Positions 54,390-63,844 of a DNA stretch of 64,000 nt are shown piece by piece. A program made the translations under genes and the position numbers. A model generated the notes under the pieces. That model did no database searches, was not told where the DNA came from, and worked only from the letters and a program-made list of their open reading frames with translations. The stretch is from a virus. Its lineage: Duplodnaviria; Heunggongvirae; Uroviricota; Caudoviricetes. How positions within the stretch are numbered: the stretch's first letter is position 1; the number at the start of each line of letters is the position of its first letter. The stretch covers positions 77,332 to 141,331 of IMG/VR virus record IMGVR_UViG_2974602345_000001. One strand, 5' to 3'.

Positions 54390-54779
54390 CGATAAAGCTC
54401 CAGCTAGTGAATGTTATAAGAGGAGCTGAATGTTAGATGTCACTCATTCAGCTGTAAAGCACTTCTCGCGACGGTAAGACCCTTTACCTTTCTTTGGCTT
54501 CTCGGTCTTACTGCGAAACAAAGGTGAGGTAACCAAGGCGCCCACTGCGCTATGATTGACCTTACCTCGTTGGTGATCGTGTTCCACTTTGTTCTCCTAT
54601 CCTATAGCCAGTGCAATGTACGAAAGGAGTTCGAACACCAGAACCAAAGGCTCAAACTTCTTCCACTTTGGAAACCACTTGCGAATGACAAAGCTTGTCA
54701 GGGCAAGTATAACAGCCAAGCCCAGGACTACAAGTACGCCAACCATTTTGAAACCTCACTTATCAAATAGAGCGGATAG

Positions 54780-55217
54780 TCAAAGAGCCGGCGTGTCCGA
54801 CTCACGAAAAAATTGTGGATAGACGCGCTTGAGCACGGCTTTGCTCACGCCGTCAAACTTCTTGCCACTGAACAGAGCCACCAGCAGGTCAGCTTCACCA
54901 CCCGTGACGTTCTCCAGGACCAGAGCCATGCTCTTGTTCCAGATGGCCTCGTTGTCCTTGTGCTTCAGCGCAGCCTCGATGCGAGGGATTGCAGACAGGA
55001 TCGTCATGTAGTCAATGCCGCTCGGGCGATTGCTACGCTTGAACTCAGGCAGCACAGGCAGCTTCGTGGTGTCACAGTTGTAGGCAAAGTCAACCAGCCA
55101 GCGAATGTCTTTGCGGTCATATCGAGCCAGCAGTTGCGCTTTCTCGTCAACAGTGCCAGGATGGTCTTTCACCCGAGCGAAGATGTCACTGGCGGGCAGG
55201 TTGCGGTTATTGATCAT
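54780..55217 (-). CDS. Hypothetical protein (about 145 aa)
   Basis: Start moved to MINNRNL, which has a GGAGAG ribosome-binding site. Confidence 0.4.
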   Translation of the reverse strand: MINNRNLPASDIFARVKDHPGTVDEKAQLLARYDRKDIRWLVDFAYNCDTTKLPVLPEFKRSNRPSGIDYMTILSAIPRIEAALKHKDNEAIWNKSMALVLENVTGGEADLLVALFSGKKFDGVSKAVLKRVYPQFFRESDTPAL

Positions 55218-55291
55218 ACAGGTCTCTCCAAGATTGTTTTGCCTTGGTCGAGCGTTTGTAGGGCTCAACACGGCGAAGGTCATCACCGTAT

Positions 55292-55822
55292 TTACTTTGC
55301 TTCGAGTCGCGTTGCTTGTTGCGCTGAGAATCGCTTGAGGTCATTGCTGACAGCTTCCTGGATAGACATGAGGGTAACACCGAACCGCAAGCAGAACTCT
55401 TTCTGCTGGGCCAACAGTTCTAGTGGTGTTCTGTAGTACACCTCGTTATATATGATGCTGCGCACAAACGAATCTGGCGAGTGTAGGCCCACCATGTGCT
55501 TCAAACAGTTGGAGCAGGGGCAATGGGTGGTGTAGAAGTCCAGCATCTGATAGGTTGCTGAACCACGAGCCAGTTCGAGGATGGTGTTCATCTCAGCATG
55601 GATCTCATACAGCTCAGACCATGCTGAGTGTTCAGCGCCACGCTCCTTGTGAACATCACAGCAGTTCTTGAAGTTGGCTGGAGTGCCGTTCACGCCTGTT
55701 GCGATGATACGACCACGCTCGTTGACTGCCACGACGCCGACCTGCATGGAAACGCACTTGGACAGCCGAGCGATGCTCAAGGCATTGTCCATGAAGACCT
55801 GGTGTTTGCTTACGATTTGCAT
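55292..55822 (-). CDS. cd: dCMP deaminase (Cd)
   Basis: The zinc-binding motifs HAEMNTIL and CPCSNC are present. Confidence 0.8.
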   Translation of the reverse strand: MQIVSKHQVFMDNALSIARLSKCVSMQVGVVAVNERGRIIATGVNGTPANFKNCCDVHKERGAEHSAWSELYEIHAEMNTILELARGSATYQMLDFYTTHCPCSNCLKHMVGLHSPDSFVRSIIYNEVYYRTPLELLAQQKEFCLRFGVTLMSIQEAVSNDLKRFSAQQATRLEAK

Positions 55823-56025
55823 TTGGGCTCCCACGGGATGACTTGAGTACCTGCAGTTTCCCGTTCAAGGAAGGCTTCACACTCACTCAGGTAATAGAAC
55901 CACTTGAAGTTGCCATTGTCGTTCAGGAAGTACGACCATATGCGCCACCACCCCTTGACTTGAGGGTAGTACTTGCCGTCCTTCTTCTTTAGGATCCGAT
56001 ATTGCTTCATGGCTTTGGTGTCCAC
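55810..56025 (-). CDS. Small Trp/Tyr-rich protein, paralog B (71 aa)
   Basis: QYRILKKKDGKYYPQVKGWWRIWSYF.. is related to the upstream ORF. Confidence 0.4.
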   Translation of the reverse strand: MDTKAMKQYRILKKKDGKYYPQVKGWWRIWSYFLNDNGNFKWFYYLSECEAFLERETAGTQVIPWEPKCKS

Positions 56026-56237
56026 GGGTAGATAGCTTTTGGGTATTTGACTTTGGGCTTGCGCTCATCAAACTTCTGTTGCAGGAAGGCAGACGCCTCT
56101 TCATGTGTTTGGAAACGAACAACCTCGACCAACTCGTACTGTATGCACCTGTAGAAGTTGCCCCAGCAGAACCAGCCTTTGGTTTGAGGGTAGAACCAAC
56201 CATCGTCCTTCCCCACGATCCTGTATTGCGTGGCCAT
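56007..56237 (-). CDS. Small Trp/Tyr-rich protein, paralog A (76 aa)
   Basis: QYRIVGKDDGWFYPQTKGWFCWGNFY.. ...EEASAFLQ, compare ..ECEAFLE in paralog B. Confidence 0.4.
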   Translation of the reverse strand: MATQYRIVGKDDGWFYPQTKGWFCWGNFYRCIQYELVEVVRFQTHEEASAFLQQKFDERKPKVKYPKAIYPWTPKP

Positions 56238-56473
56238 CTAAAAGCATCCTCATATGCTAAGCAATATAGTTTAAAAGCTATTAACAACCTTGTATAGCTT
56301 ATCAACACTCATCGTTCAAGAACTCAATTATATTGATGAAGATACAAGTCGTAAAGTAGTATTATATGGTAAGTATTATATGTTGATGAAGATGAGAAGG
56401 ATCTATACAGGTTTTAAAGGGGTTTGTATACCACTAAATACGGTTTACATACCATCATATACAGATTTGAGCC
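56238..56473. promoter_or_regulatory. AT-rich 236-bp divergent intergenic region with direct repeats (GTATTATATG x2 and TTGATGAAGAT x2)
   Basis: The lowest-GC stretch in the window. It lies between the leftward small-gene array and the rightward gp4/baseplate block. A CTAAATAC late-promoter-like motif sits near its right end. Confidence 0.4.
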
Positions 56474-56923
56474 ATGGCGAGACGGTACAAGCAGGGCAAG
56501 TTCAAGCCCACCAACCCACAGAAGTACATCGGAGACCCTACAGAGATCGTCTATCGGTCAGGTTGGGAGTCCAAGTTGATGCGCAAGCTGGATGAGTCAT
56601 CATCGGTGATCGGCTGGAACTCTGAAGAGGTAGTCATCCCGTACATCAGTCCAGTTGACGGTAAGGCACATCGATACTTCGTTGACTTCCTGGTAGTGGC
56701 CAAGAGCCCTAAGGGTGAGAAGATCATCACGCTCATCGAGGTCAAGCCCTACGACCAGACAGTGCCTCCTAAGGCAGGTAAGGGTAAGCGTCAAGATCGA
56801 CTCATCGCTGAACTGTCCACCTATGCTGTAAACCAAGCCAAATGGGCTGCTGCTGAGGAGTACTGCAAACGCCGTGGCTGGCACTTCAAGGTATTGACCG
56901 AGAAGACAATCAACTTCATTTGA
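56474..56923 (+). CDS. 4: Head completion protein gp4-like
   Basis: MARRYKQGKFKPTNPQKYIGDPTEIVYRSGWE...HRYFVDF...IEVKP matches the conserved gp4 family core. Length is 149 aa. Confidence 0.5.
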   Translation: MARRYKQGKFKPTNPQKYIGDPTEIVYRSGWESKLMRKLDESSSVIGWNSEEVVIPYISPVDGKAHRYFVDFLVVAKSPKGEKIITLIEVKPYDQTVPPKAGKGKRQDRLIAELSTYAVNQAKWAAAEEYCKRRGWHFKVLTEKTINFI

Positions 56924-56934
56924 GGTAAGCGACA

Positions 56935-57981
56935 ATGTCACTCATTGATGACGGGTCAGAGAAGATCAGCAATCTGTTCGGTAGCGCCAAAGCTGCTGTA
57001 TCAGACGTCTACAACGACTTCAAGAACAGCCTTGAGAAAAAGCCCACTGAGGATTCGATCAAGCCCAAGACCACACGGATCAAGACTCTGGAAGACAAGC
57101 TGGCTAAGGGTAAGCGCAGGTACAAGTACCTGAAGTTCCCGCTTGACGTTGACACTGAAGCCACGCAGAACATCATGCTCATCAACATCAACGCTATCAG
57201 CGGGTCGAAGTTCGCAGGTACCCAATACCGCGTCGTTGAAGGTGATGAAGCACGCGTTGAGCAGAAGGGGTCCAACAGCTTGTCTCGTCACTTCTCGGGC
57301 AACACGGTCCGCGTTGACACGGCTATTGCACTGCATATGCCGCCGTCTATTCAGTCGTCCTATCAGTCGAACTGGACAGTGTCTGAACTGGGTGTAGCAG
57401 GTGCTGTGATTGATGCCTGGGGCGGATCGGGCGATATGACCAGCTTGCAGGGCTGGAAAAACACTTGGAACACAGGGAAGGAGGTCTTGCCGGAGGTCGC
57501 TAAAATGACCGCTGTGCGCGTTGCTGACGCCCTGCTACCGGGTAAGATCACAGATGCCTACACCTGGGCTAACCAGATGGTCGACAACCCGTATGTTGAA
57601 GTCCTGTTCAAAGGCGTCTCGAACCGTACCTTCACTTACACGTTCAAGTTCATCCCTCGGTCGTTCAGTGAGCAACAGGCTATCAAAGAGATCATCGATA
57701 CCCTGAAGTTTCACCGTGCCCCTGAGAAGAAGCTCAACAGTGCTAACCTGTATTGGAGCTACCCTTCAACGTTCGACATCTCGTTCCTCAAGAAGAACGG
57801 TCAGGAGAACGAATGGCTCTTCAAGATTTCGACCTGTGCGCTGACTGACCTCAACGTCCAATACGGTGGTGATAGCTTCTTTGGCGCATTCGCCGACGGT
57901 AGCCCATTCTCAACTACTGTGACACTGAGCTTCACTGAGCTTGAGACCCTCGACAAAGAACGCATCCTGCAGGGGTACTAA
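56935..57981 (+). CDS. Baseplate tail-tube cap or initiator family protein (gp48/gp54-like)
   Basis: A 348-aa protein with a tail-tube-like core (VEVLFKGVSNRTFTYTFKFIP). It is positioned before gp53 and gp27. Confidence 0.4.
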   Translation: MSLIDDGSEKISNLFGSAKAAVSDVYNDFKNSLEKKPTEDSIKPKTTRIKTLEDKLAKGKRRYKYLKFPLDVDTEATQNIMLININAISGSKFAGTQYRVVEGDEARVEQKGSNSLSRHFSGNTVRVDTAIALHMPPSIQSSYQSNWTVSELGVAGAVIDAWGGSGDMTSLQGWKNTWNTGKEVLPEVAKMTAVRVADALLPGKITDAYTWANQMVDNPYVEVLFKGVSNRTFTYTFKFIPRSFSEQQAIKEIIDTLKFHRAPEKKLNSANLYWSYPSTFDISFLKKNGQENEWLFKISTCALTDLNVQYGGDSFFGAFADGSPFSTTVTLSFTELETLDKERILQGY

Positions 57982-57983
57982 TC

Positions 57984-58472
57984 ATGGGATACTTCAGTGC
58001 ATTTCCACTGGTCAACTACAACAACATCTATCAGGTGAACTTGACCCGGCGTGTGGGTATTATCGAGTCGTTCAAGTCAAACGCTGCGTTCTACTACGAA
58101 TACAGCATCAACGACGCTGACACGCCTGAGAGCATTGCTGACAAGCTGTACGATGATCCTGAACTGGCGTGGGTAGTCCTTCAGTTCAACAACATCATCA
58201 ACGTGTTTGAGGAGTGGCCGAAGCCTCAGTACGAACTTGACTCATACGTGAATGAGAAGTATGAGAACCCGTATGCCGTTCACCACTATGTGGATCTTGA
58301 CGGTAACGAAGTTGACTTTGCCGTCACTCCATCATGGAACCGAATGCCCGTCACTAACTATGAGTATGAGACGCTTGTCAACGATAGCAAGCGCAAGATT
58401 AAACTTGTCTTGCCTGAGCTTGTCAATACAATCGTCAACAGGCACAAAGAACTGATTCAAGAGGGCGTCTAA
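57984..58472 (+). CDS. 53: Baseplate wedge protein gp53
   Basis: ESIADKLYDDPELAWVVLQFNNIINVFEEWPKPQYELDSYVNEKYEN matches T4 gp53 EELANAIYGNPQLYWVLLMCNDNYDPYYGWITSQEAAYQASIQKYKN. Confidence 0.65.
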   Translation: MGYFSAFPLVNYNNIYQVNLTRRVGIIESFKSNAAFYYEYSINDADTPESIADKLYDDPELAWVVLQFNNIINVFEEWPKPQYELDSYVNEKYENPYAVHHYVDLDGNEVDFAVTPSWNRMPVTNYEYETLVNDSKRKIKLVLPELVNTIVNRHKELIQEGV

Positions 58473-59696
58473 GTGAACTATGTTCGTAGCGGTCAGTATG
58501 AGTTGGTGAAACTCGTCATACTGACCAACACAGCAAATCCAATTGAGCTCGACATCAGAAACGTCTTCACTGATGCTCTGGTGTACGAGTCGATCTTTGA
58601 CGGCTCCATGTCGGGTAACGTGTCATTCGTGGACACCAACAACTTGGTTCAGAAGTACGGACTGGGCCGTGGCGAGACTATCGTCATGCAGTGGTTCACA
58701 TCAGGCATGGATGACAGTCCTATAAACGTCGTGGGCACCGTGTTTGATTTGATGGGCCCTCATGATCTGAACGATCAGGCATCAGGCTACACCTTGCACT
58801 TCGCGTCACCTGAGTTCGTCGAGTCGATGAAGCGCAAGCTGTTCAGTGGCCACAACGAGCTCTGCTCAGACATCGTAGGGCGCATTGTTGACAAGGTAAA
58901 GCGCTCCATCCAGCCCAAGAAGCTGAACGCCACTACCACCCGCAACATCGAACACATCGTCTTCAGTGGGCAGACACCACTCCAGGGCATTGACATGTGC
59001 TCAAAACGAGCCATCTCAAGCACCAACCTGAATGGCTACCTGTTCTTTGAGGACAACCAAGAGTTCCGCTTTGCACCTATCGAAGAGCTGTACGCACAAG
59101 AGCCTATCTCAGAGTATAAGTACCGTAGTAGCCCTGTGTTTGATAACCCGACCAACATCCACGAGGAAAGCTTCAACACCTACCAGTCGTTTGAGATTGA
59201 ACCTCCAAACAAGTTCATCGACGACCTGGATGACGGTCAGTACGGTGCTTCGTCAGGGTTCTTGTCACTGCTTGACAAGAGTATGACTGTCCATACCTAC
59301 AACGCAAAGAAGAATTTCAACACAAACAACACCCTTGGTAAGTCCGCTGTATCGCTGGACCAGAACTTCAACAACGATCACAGTGACCACCTCAGCATCC
59401 ACTATCGTAGCACAAGAAGCGATAATGAGAGTAGCTTCGTCAACAACCGTTTGAAGCTGTTGAAGTCTAACAGCACGTCGATTAGCATTGGCACATTCGG
59501 TAACTCGATGTTGAAGGTTGGTACCGTGATCAAGGCGAGCGTGCCCACATTCTCAAAAGAGTCGCAGTCCACAGATGACTTCGACAACGTGTCGGGTAAA
59601 TTCCTGATCGCAGAGATCAAGCACGTTCTGACCCAGAAGGCGTTCAACCAGCGCATCAAGCTCATCAAGGATTCGTACGAAGAGGTAGTAGCGTGA
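58473..59696 (+). CDS. 27: Baseplate hub subunit gp27-like
   Basis: A GTG start sits right after the gp53 stop. The N-terminal third parallels T4 gp27 (LVKLVILT, LVYESIFDGSMSGNVSFVDTNN). Length is 407 aa. Confidence 0.5.
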   Translation: MNYVRSGQYELVKLVILTNTANPIELDIRNVFTDALVYESIFDGSMSGNVSFVDTNNLVQKYGLGRGETIVMQWFTSGMDDSPINVVGTVFDLMGPHDLNDQASGYTLHFASPEFVESMKRKLFSGHNELCSDIVGRIVDKVKRSIQPKKLNATTTRNIEHIVFSGQTPLQGIDMCSKRAISSTNLNGYLFFEDNQEFRFAPIEELYAQEPISEYKYRSSPVFDNPTNIHEESFNTYQSFEIEPPNKFIDDLDDGQYGASSGFLSLLDKSMTVHTYNAKKNFNTNNTLGKSAVSLDQNFNNDHSDHLSIHYRSTRSDNESSFVNNRLKLLKSNSTSISIGTFGNSMLKVGTVIKASVPTFSKESQSTDDFDNVSGKFLIAEIKHVLTQKAFNQRIKLIKDSYEEVVA

Positions 59697-61225
59697 TTCA
59701 AGCAAACGGTTTCACACCTTGGTTTGGGGTAGTCGAGAATGTCAACGACCCGCTGAAGTGTGGTCGCTATCAGGTTCGTGTGTTTGGCTATAACCCAGAG
59801 AGCAAAGGCCTCCTGCCAACTGCCAACCTGCGCTGGTTCTCTGCCGGCGTGTCAAACAGTGCTGGGTCATCGAGCGTAGGTCACAGCCCGACCGGTTACA
59901 TGGTAGGGTCATTCGTGTTCGGCTACTTCATCGACCCTGACCTGCAAGAAGGTATCATTGTCATGAGCCTGACCGGTATGCCTGGCGGGCTGAATGACGT
60001 CTGTGAGGCAGCAACGGGTGAAGGAGGTGCCTATGTCGCATCGCTGAAGGGCAACGTCGTCAAGAACGTTCCTGATGCTCGCGGTGAGACTTGGAGTGAA
60101 CCTGAGTCTGCATATGCTGCCCAGTACCCAAACAACCAGGTGTTCCAGTCGCAGTCGGGCCACGTTGTTGAGTACGATGATACCCCAGGCGCTGAGCGCA
60201 TTACTGTATACCATCGCTCGGGTACCTTCAAAGAGATCCACCCTGATGGTAAACAGGTCACAAAAACAGTGGGTGAGTCATTCGACATCCACCTGGGTGG
60301 GCACAACATCTTCGTTAACGGTAGCCTTAACCTGGTAGCATCAGGTGACTATCGTATCAGTGTAGGTGGCGAGTATTACGTCAAAGCCAAGAACGTCGTG
60401 TTCGACACTGAGGTTGTTGACATCTATGGCGTTAGCAACGCCAACGACCACATCAGCGGTGGCGTGAGTGGGGGCTTCCATATTCACCCGGAGACCAACC
60501 ACGAAACCACGCTATCGCCTGTAGGTTACACTCCTGAGTTTGCCCCAACACCTAAAAACGCATTCTCGTTTGAGTATGAGGAGACTCCTTACACTCCTGA
60601 GATCGTGGAGTATGCATTGAACAGCGGCTTCATCACACCAGAAGAAGCTGAAACCGTAATGACAGAGGAACCAGTAGTGGAAGACAAAGCAGAAGAGCCT
60701 GCACCAGTCGAGGTCAAGCCTGTCATCAGCGAATGCGGCCTGGCTATCGTAAACGGTAAAGTTGACTATACAGCTCAACTCTCACCTAACTTCAACCTCC
60801 GCTCACTTTCGCTGGGTGCAGTGGTATCACAGTATGCAATCAAAGCGCAGGGTGGCTTGACTGAACAAGACATCATCTGTAACTTGAAGAACCTTGCAGA
60901 AAACGTCCTTGAGCCTATCAAGGCGAAGTATCCAAACATGATGGTTACATCAGCATTCCGAGCAGGTTCTGGCACTAGTCAGCACTTGAAGGGCGAAGCT
61001 GTAGACATTCAGTTCCGTGGAGCATCAAAGGCATTCTACTTCGAGGTTGCCAAGTGGATCAAAGACAACCTACCGTATGACCAGTTCCTCCTTGAATACA
61101 AGAGCACCGGGACCCGCATGCCTTGGATTCACGTTTCATTGACGCGCAAGCGTAGCCAGCGTGGACAGGTCATGACTTTCTTCAACCACAAAAAATATGC
61201 AAACGGCCTGGTCCAAGTAGCCTAA
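59693..61225 (+). CDS. 5: Baseplate central spike gp5-like, with a C-terminal peptidase M15 (L-Ala-D-Glu / VanY-like) domain in place of a lysozyme
   Basis: The N-terminus WFGVVENVNDPLKCGRYQVRVFGY matches the T4 gp5 OB-domain (WFVGVVEDVMDPLKLGRVRVRVFG). The C-terminus carries M15 motifs (SAFRAGSGTSQHLKGEAVDIQ). Confidence 0.65.
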   Translation: MIQANGFTPWFGVVENVNDPLKCGRYQVRVFGYNPESKGLLPTANLRWFSAGVSNSAGSSSVGHSPTGYMVGSFVFGYFIDPDLQEGIIVMSLTGMPGGLNDVCEAATGEGGAYVASLKGNVVKNVPDARGETWSEPESAYAAQYPNNQVFQSQSGHVVEYDDTPGAERITVYHRSGTFKEIHPDGKQVTKTVGESFDIHLGGHNIFVNGSLNLVASGDYRISVGGEYYVKAKNVVFDTEVVDIYGVSNANDHISGGVSGGFHIHPETNHETTLSPVGYTPEFAPTPKNAFSFEYEETPYTPEIVEYALNSGFITPEEAETVMTEEPVVEDKAEEPAPVEVKPVISECGLAIVNGKVDYTAQLSPNFNLRSLSLGAVVSQYAIKAQGGLTEQDIICNLKNLAENVLEPIKAKYPNMMVTSAFRAGSGTSQHLKGEAVDIQFRGASKAFYFEVAKWIKDNLPYDQFLLEYKSTGTRMPWIHVSLTRKRSQRGQVMTFFNHKKYANGLVQVA

Positions 61226-61247
61226 AATATTCAAGGAGATACAAAAA

Positions 61248-61679
61248 ATGCCAGTTATCACTCTAGAACGCGCTTACACGGATTCTGCTACCATTGGCAA
61301 GATGACCATGCCGAGCGGTACCGTGTTCGACACTATCGAACTTCCTTGGAAGGACAACCAACCTTCAGTGTCCTGTATTCCTGAAGGGCTGTACAAGCTG
61401 AACAAGCGCATCAGCGGGGTCGTCAATCGAACTTCGAAGGGCAAGTACTCAGCAGGCTGGGAGGTTGCCAATGTCAAAGGACGCACCTACATCATGATCC
61501 ATATCGGTAACAAGCCGTCTGACTTTGAAGGCTGTATCGGCATCGGTGAAGGGCTGGGTGTCGTGGGTGGCGAGTGGGCTATCCTTCGCAGCTCTACCTC
61601 GTTTGACAAGTTCATGACAGAGATGAACACTTCGAGCGATTGGCAGTTGTCGATCAAAGTGCGTCAGGGTGGTGTGTAA
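61248..61679 (+). CDS. Hypothetical baseplate-region protein (143 aa)
   Basis: ORF between gp5 and gp25. No motif was recognised. Confidence 0.4.
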   Translation: MPVITLERAYTDSATIGKMTMPSGTVFDTIELPWKDNQPSVSCIPEGLYKLNKRISGVVNRTSKGKYSAGWEVANVKGRTYIMIHIGNKPSDFEGCIGIGEGLGVVGGEWAILRSSTSFDKFMTEMNTSSDWQLSIKVRQGGV

Positions 61680-61682
61680 GAC

Positions 61683-62054
61683 ATGCGCCGCGATATTGAC
61701 ATGTCGTTTGCACGACACCCATTGACGGGCGATCTTGCAGTGAAGACGGGTAGCTCTGCTATCCGTCAATCGCTGATCAACATCGTCAGGACCAACTACT
61801 ACGACCGCGGGTTCAATGTCGAGGTAGGTACAAACCTTGACTACTCGATGTTTGAGAACATCACTGTCATCACAGCGAAGCAGATACACGACAACATCTC
61901 GAACTCTATCAGAAACTTTGAACCACAGGTCGAACTCATCGACGTTGAAGTGAAAGATAGCGGTGGTAACGAGGTGTACGTCAAAATCTACTACACTGAG
62001 CTGAACAACCCTAACGTCCAGAACCTGGTAATAGACCTCAGCCGCATCCGATAA
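61683..62054 (+). CDS. 25: Baseplate wedge protein gp25 (GPW/gp25 lysozyme-like fold)
   Basis: IRQSLINIVRTNYYDRGFNVEVGTNL.. ..IRNFEPQVELIDVEV matches T4 gp25 (IKNSLLGIITTRKGSRPFDPEFGCDL ... VRNYEPRIDKLAVNV). Confidence 0.7.
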   Translation: MRRDIDMSFARHPLTGDLAVKTGSSAIRQSLINIVRTNYYDRGFNVEVGTNLDYSMFENITVITAKQIHDNISNSIRNFEPQVELIDVEVKDSGGNEVYVKIYYTELNNPNVQNLVIDLSRIR

Positions 62055-62112
62055 GCCATCAGCAGTGACTCAATAAATAGGTGTACGAAACTAATCTATT
62101 GGGTCACTGTTC

Positions 62113-63843
62113 ATGTCGACAGCTATCACATCATACGATCCCCAAGAGCTCAAAGCCTCTTTGATTGCATACATGCAGTCGAAACCAGACTTTGCTGACT
62201 TCAACTACGAGGGTTCATCCCTCAACACCATCATTGACCTGCTGGTACGCAACACCCATTACATTGCCTACATGGCGAACATGGTGGGTACCGAGTCGTT
62301 CCTTGACTCCGCTCAACTGCGAGCCAACGTGGTTAGCCACGCCCAGAAGCTGTCATACGTTCCAAAGTCGAGGACTGCAAGCACTGTGGTAGTCGACCTT
62401 GAGGTGACTCCATCCGCTCCCACTACCCAGTTCAGTCTGGTGTGCAACAAGGGCTCGGTATTCCTGAACACTGTAGGAAACCAGACCTATTCGTTCACCA
62501 ACACGCACGAAGTAACTCTGCTCAAGAACATCCAGGGCAAGTTCGTCGCAACGGGCGTTGAACTGAAACAGGGTCAGCTGCGTTCGCAGCGCTATCTGTA
62601 CAACACTGGCACCAAGACCATCAACCTGCTCAACAGCGACATCGACACATCGACCATTCGAGTCTATGTGACCGACCCGTCGAACGGCGACATCGTTGAA
62701 TACCTCAAGGTCGAGAACATCGTTGACGTTGATACTGACAGTGCCGTGTTCTACCTGTACGAGAACACTCAAGGTAAGTATGACATCCAGTTCGGTCGCG
62801 ATGTGCTGGGCCGTGAGCCGGTTGATCAGTCGATCGTCAACATCGAGTACGTTGGCGTTGAAGCTGAGCATGCAAACGGTCTGAAGACCCTGGTTGCAGG
62901 TACGCCGATTGGTAACTACTCGAACATCAAGGTTACTGTCACAACAGAAGCCTACGGTGGTGCTGAGCGCAGCGACATTGACTTCATCAAGTTCATTGCC
63001 CCTAAAATCTGGGAAACTCAGAACCGTGCGGTTCGAGCGAAAGACTATGTGGCAATCATGCTTCGTGAGTTCCCATTCATCAAGTCAGCGATTGCTTGGG
63101 GTGGTGAAACTGTTACTCCGCCAGTGTACGGTACTGTCTTCCTGTGCGCAATTCCGCAAGAGGGGTTCGTGATTGCCGACACGGTGAAAGATACCATCAA
63201 GAAGCGTATCACAGAGTTCTCTGTTGTGTCTATCACTCCAGAAGTGGTTGACGCCAAGTACATCGGGCTTCAGCTGGACGTGGGTATCCTCTACGACTCG
63301 TCAAAGACTACCAACACCTTTACCCAGACTGTAGCGGCAGTGAAGAACTCTGTCAACAAGTACAACGACACCAGCCTCAAGCTGTTCGACCTGTGGTATA
63401 ACAACAGTGCATTGACTCAACTCATCCGCACTGACACCCCAGCCGTGTACTCGATCGAAATTGACAAGAAGGCGTTCATCGACATAAGTATCAGTCGAAA
63501 CGTTACCACTCAGTACATCGCAGAGTTCCTGAACCCAATCGAGCCAGGTTCACTGACGATTTCGGATGTGGTGTTTGACATCAATGCCACTCAGCAGAGA
63601 ATCTTTGATGATGGCGAGGGTAACATTGTCAAATCGGTAACCAAGAACGAAGTAACCAAGAATGAAACAATCGGTAGCGTCAACTACACCACAGGCTACG
63701 CTGAGTTCAACGCTTTGCTGCTTGAGGCTGGTACTGTTCGCTTTACCGTAACGCCGGTCACTGATAACTTCTACACTGAGCGCAATTATGCGGTGTACGT
63801 CGATACGATCAATGTTGACCTGCTGACCTCTAGAAAGGTGTAA
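62113..63843 (+). CDS. 6: Baseplate wedge protein gp6
   Basis: YEGSSLNTIIDLLVRNTHYIAYMANMVGTESFLDSAQLRANVVSHAQKLSYVP matches T4 gp6 FEGSRLNVLCDLLAYNTLYIQQFGNAAVYESFMRTANLRSSVVQAAQDNGYLP. An AATAAATAG late-promoter-like motif lies upstream. Confidence 0.8.
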   Translation: MSTAITSYDPQELKASLIAYMQSKPDFADFNYEGSSLNTIIDLLVRNTHYIAYMANMVGTESFLDSAQLRANVVSHAQKLSYVPKSRTASTVVVDLEVTPSAPTTQFSLVCNKGSVFLNTVGNQTYSFTNTHEVTLLKNIQGKFVATGVELKQGQLRSQRYLYNTGTKTINLLNSDIDTSTIRVYVTDPSNGDIVEYLKVENIVDVDTDSAVFYLYENTQGKYDIQFGRDVLGREPVDQSIVNIEYVGVEAEHANGLKTLVAGTPIGNYSNIKVTVTTEAYGGAERSDIDFIKFIAPKIWETQNRAVRAKDYVAIMLREFPFIKSAIAWGGETVTPPVYGTVFLCAIPQEGFVIADTVKDTIKKRITEFSVVSITPEVVDAKYIGLQLDVGILYDSSKTTNTFTQTVAAVKNSVNKYNDTSLKLFDLWYNNSALTQLIRTDTPAVYSIEIDKKAFIDISISRNVTTQYIAEFLNPIEPGSLTISDVVFDINATQQRIFDDGEGNIVKSVTKNEVTKNETIGSVNYTTGYAEFNALLLEAGTVRFTVTPVTDNFYTERNYAVYVDTINVDLLTSRKV

Positions 63844-63844
63844 T

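Noticed and set aside
54444-54747. A 49-aa hydrophobic peptide and a 47-aa basic peptide on the minus strand, between 53865 and 54780
   Set aside because: They have ribosome-binding sites but are very short and uncharacterisable from sequence alone. They are possible but unsupported.
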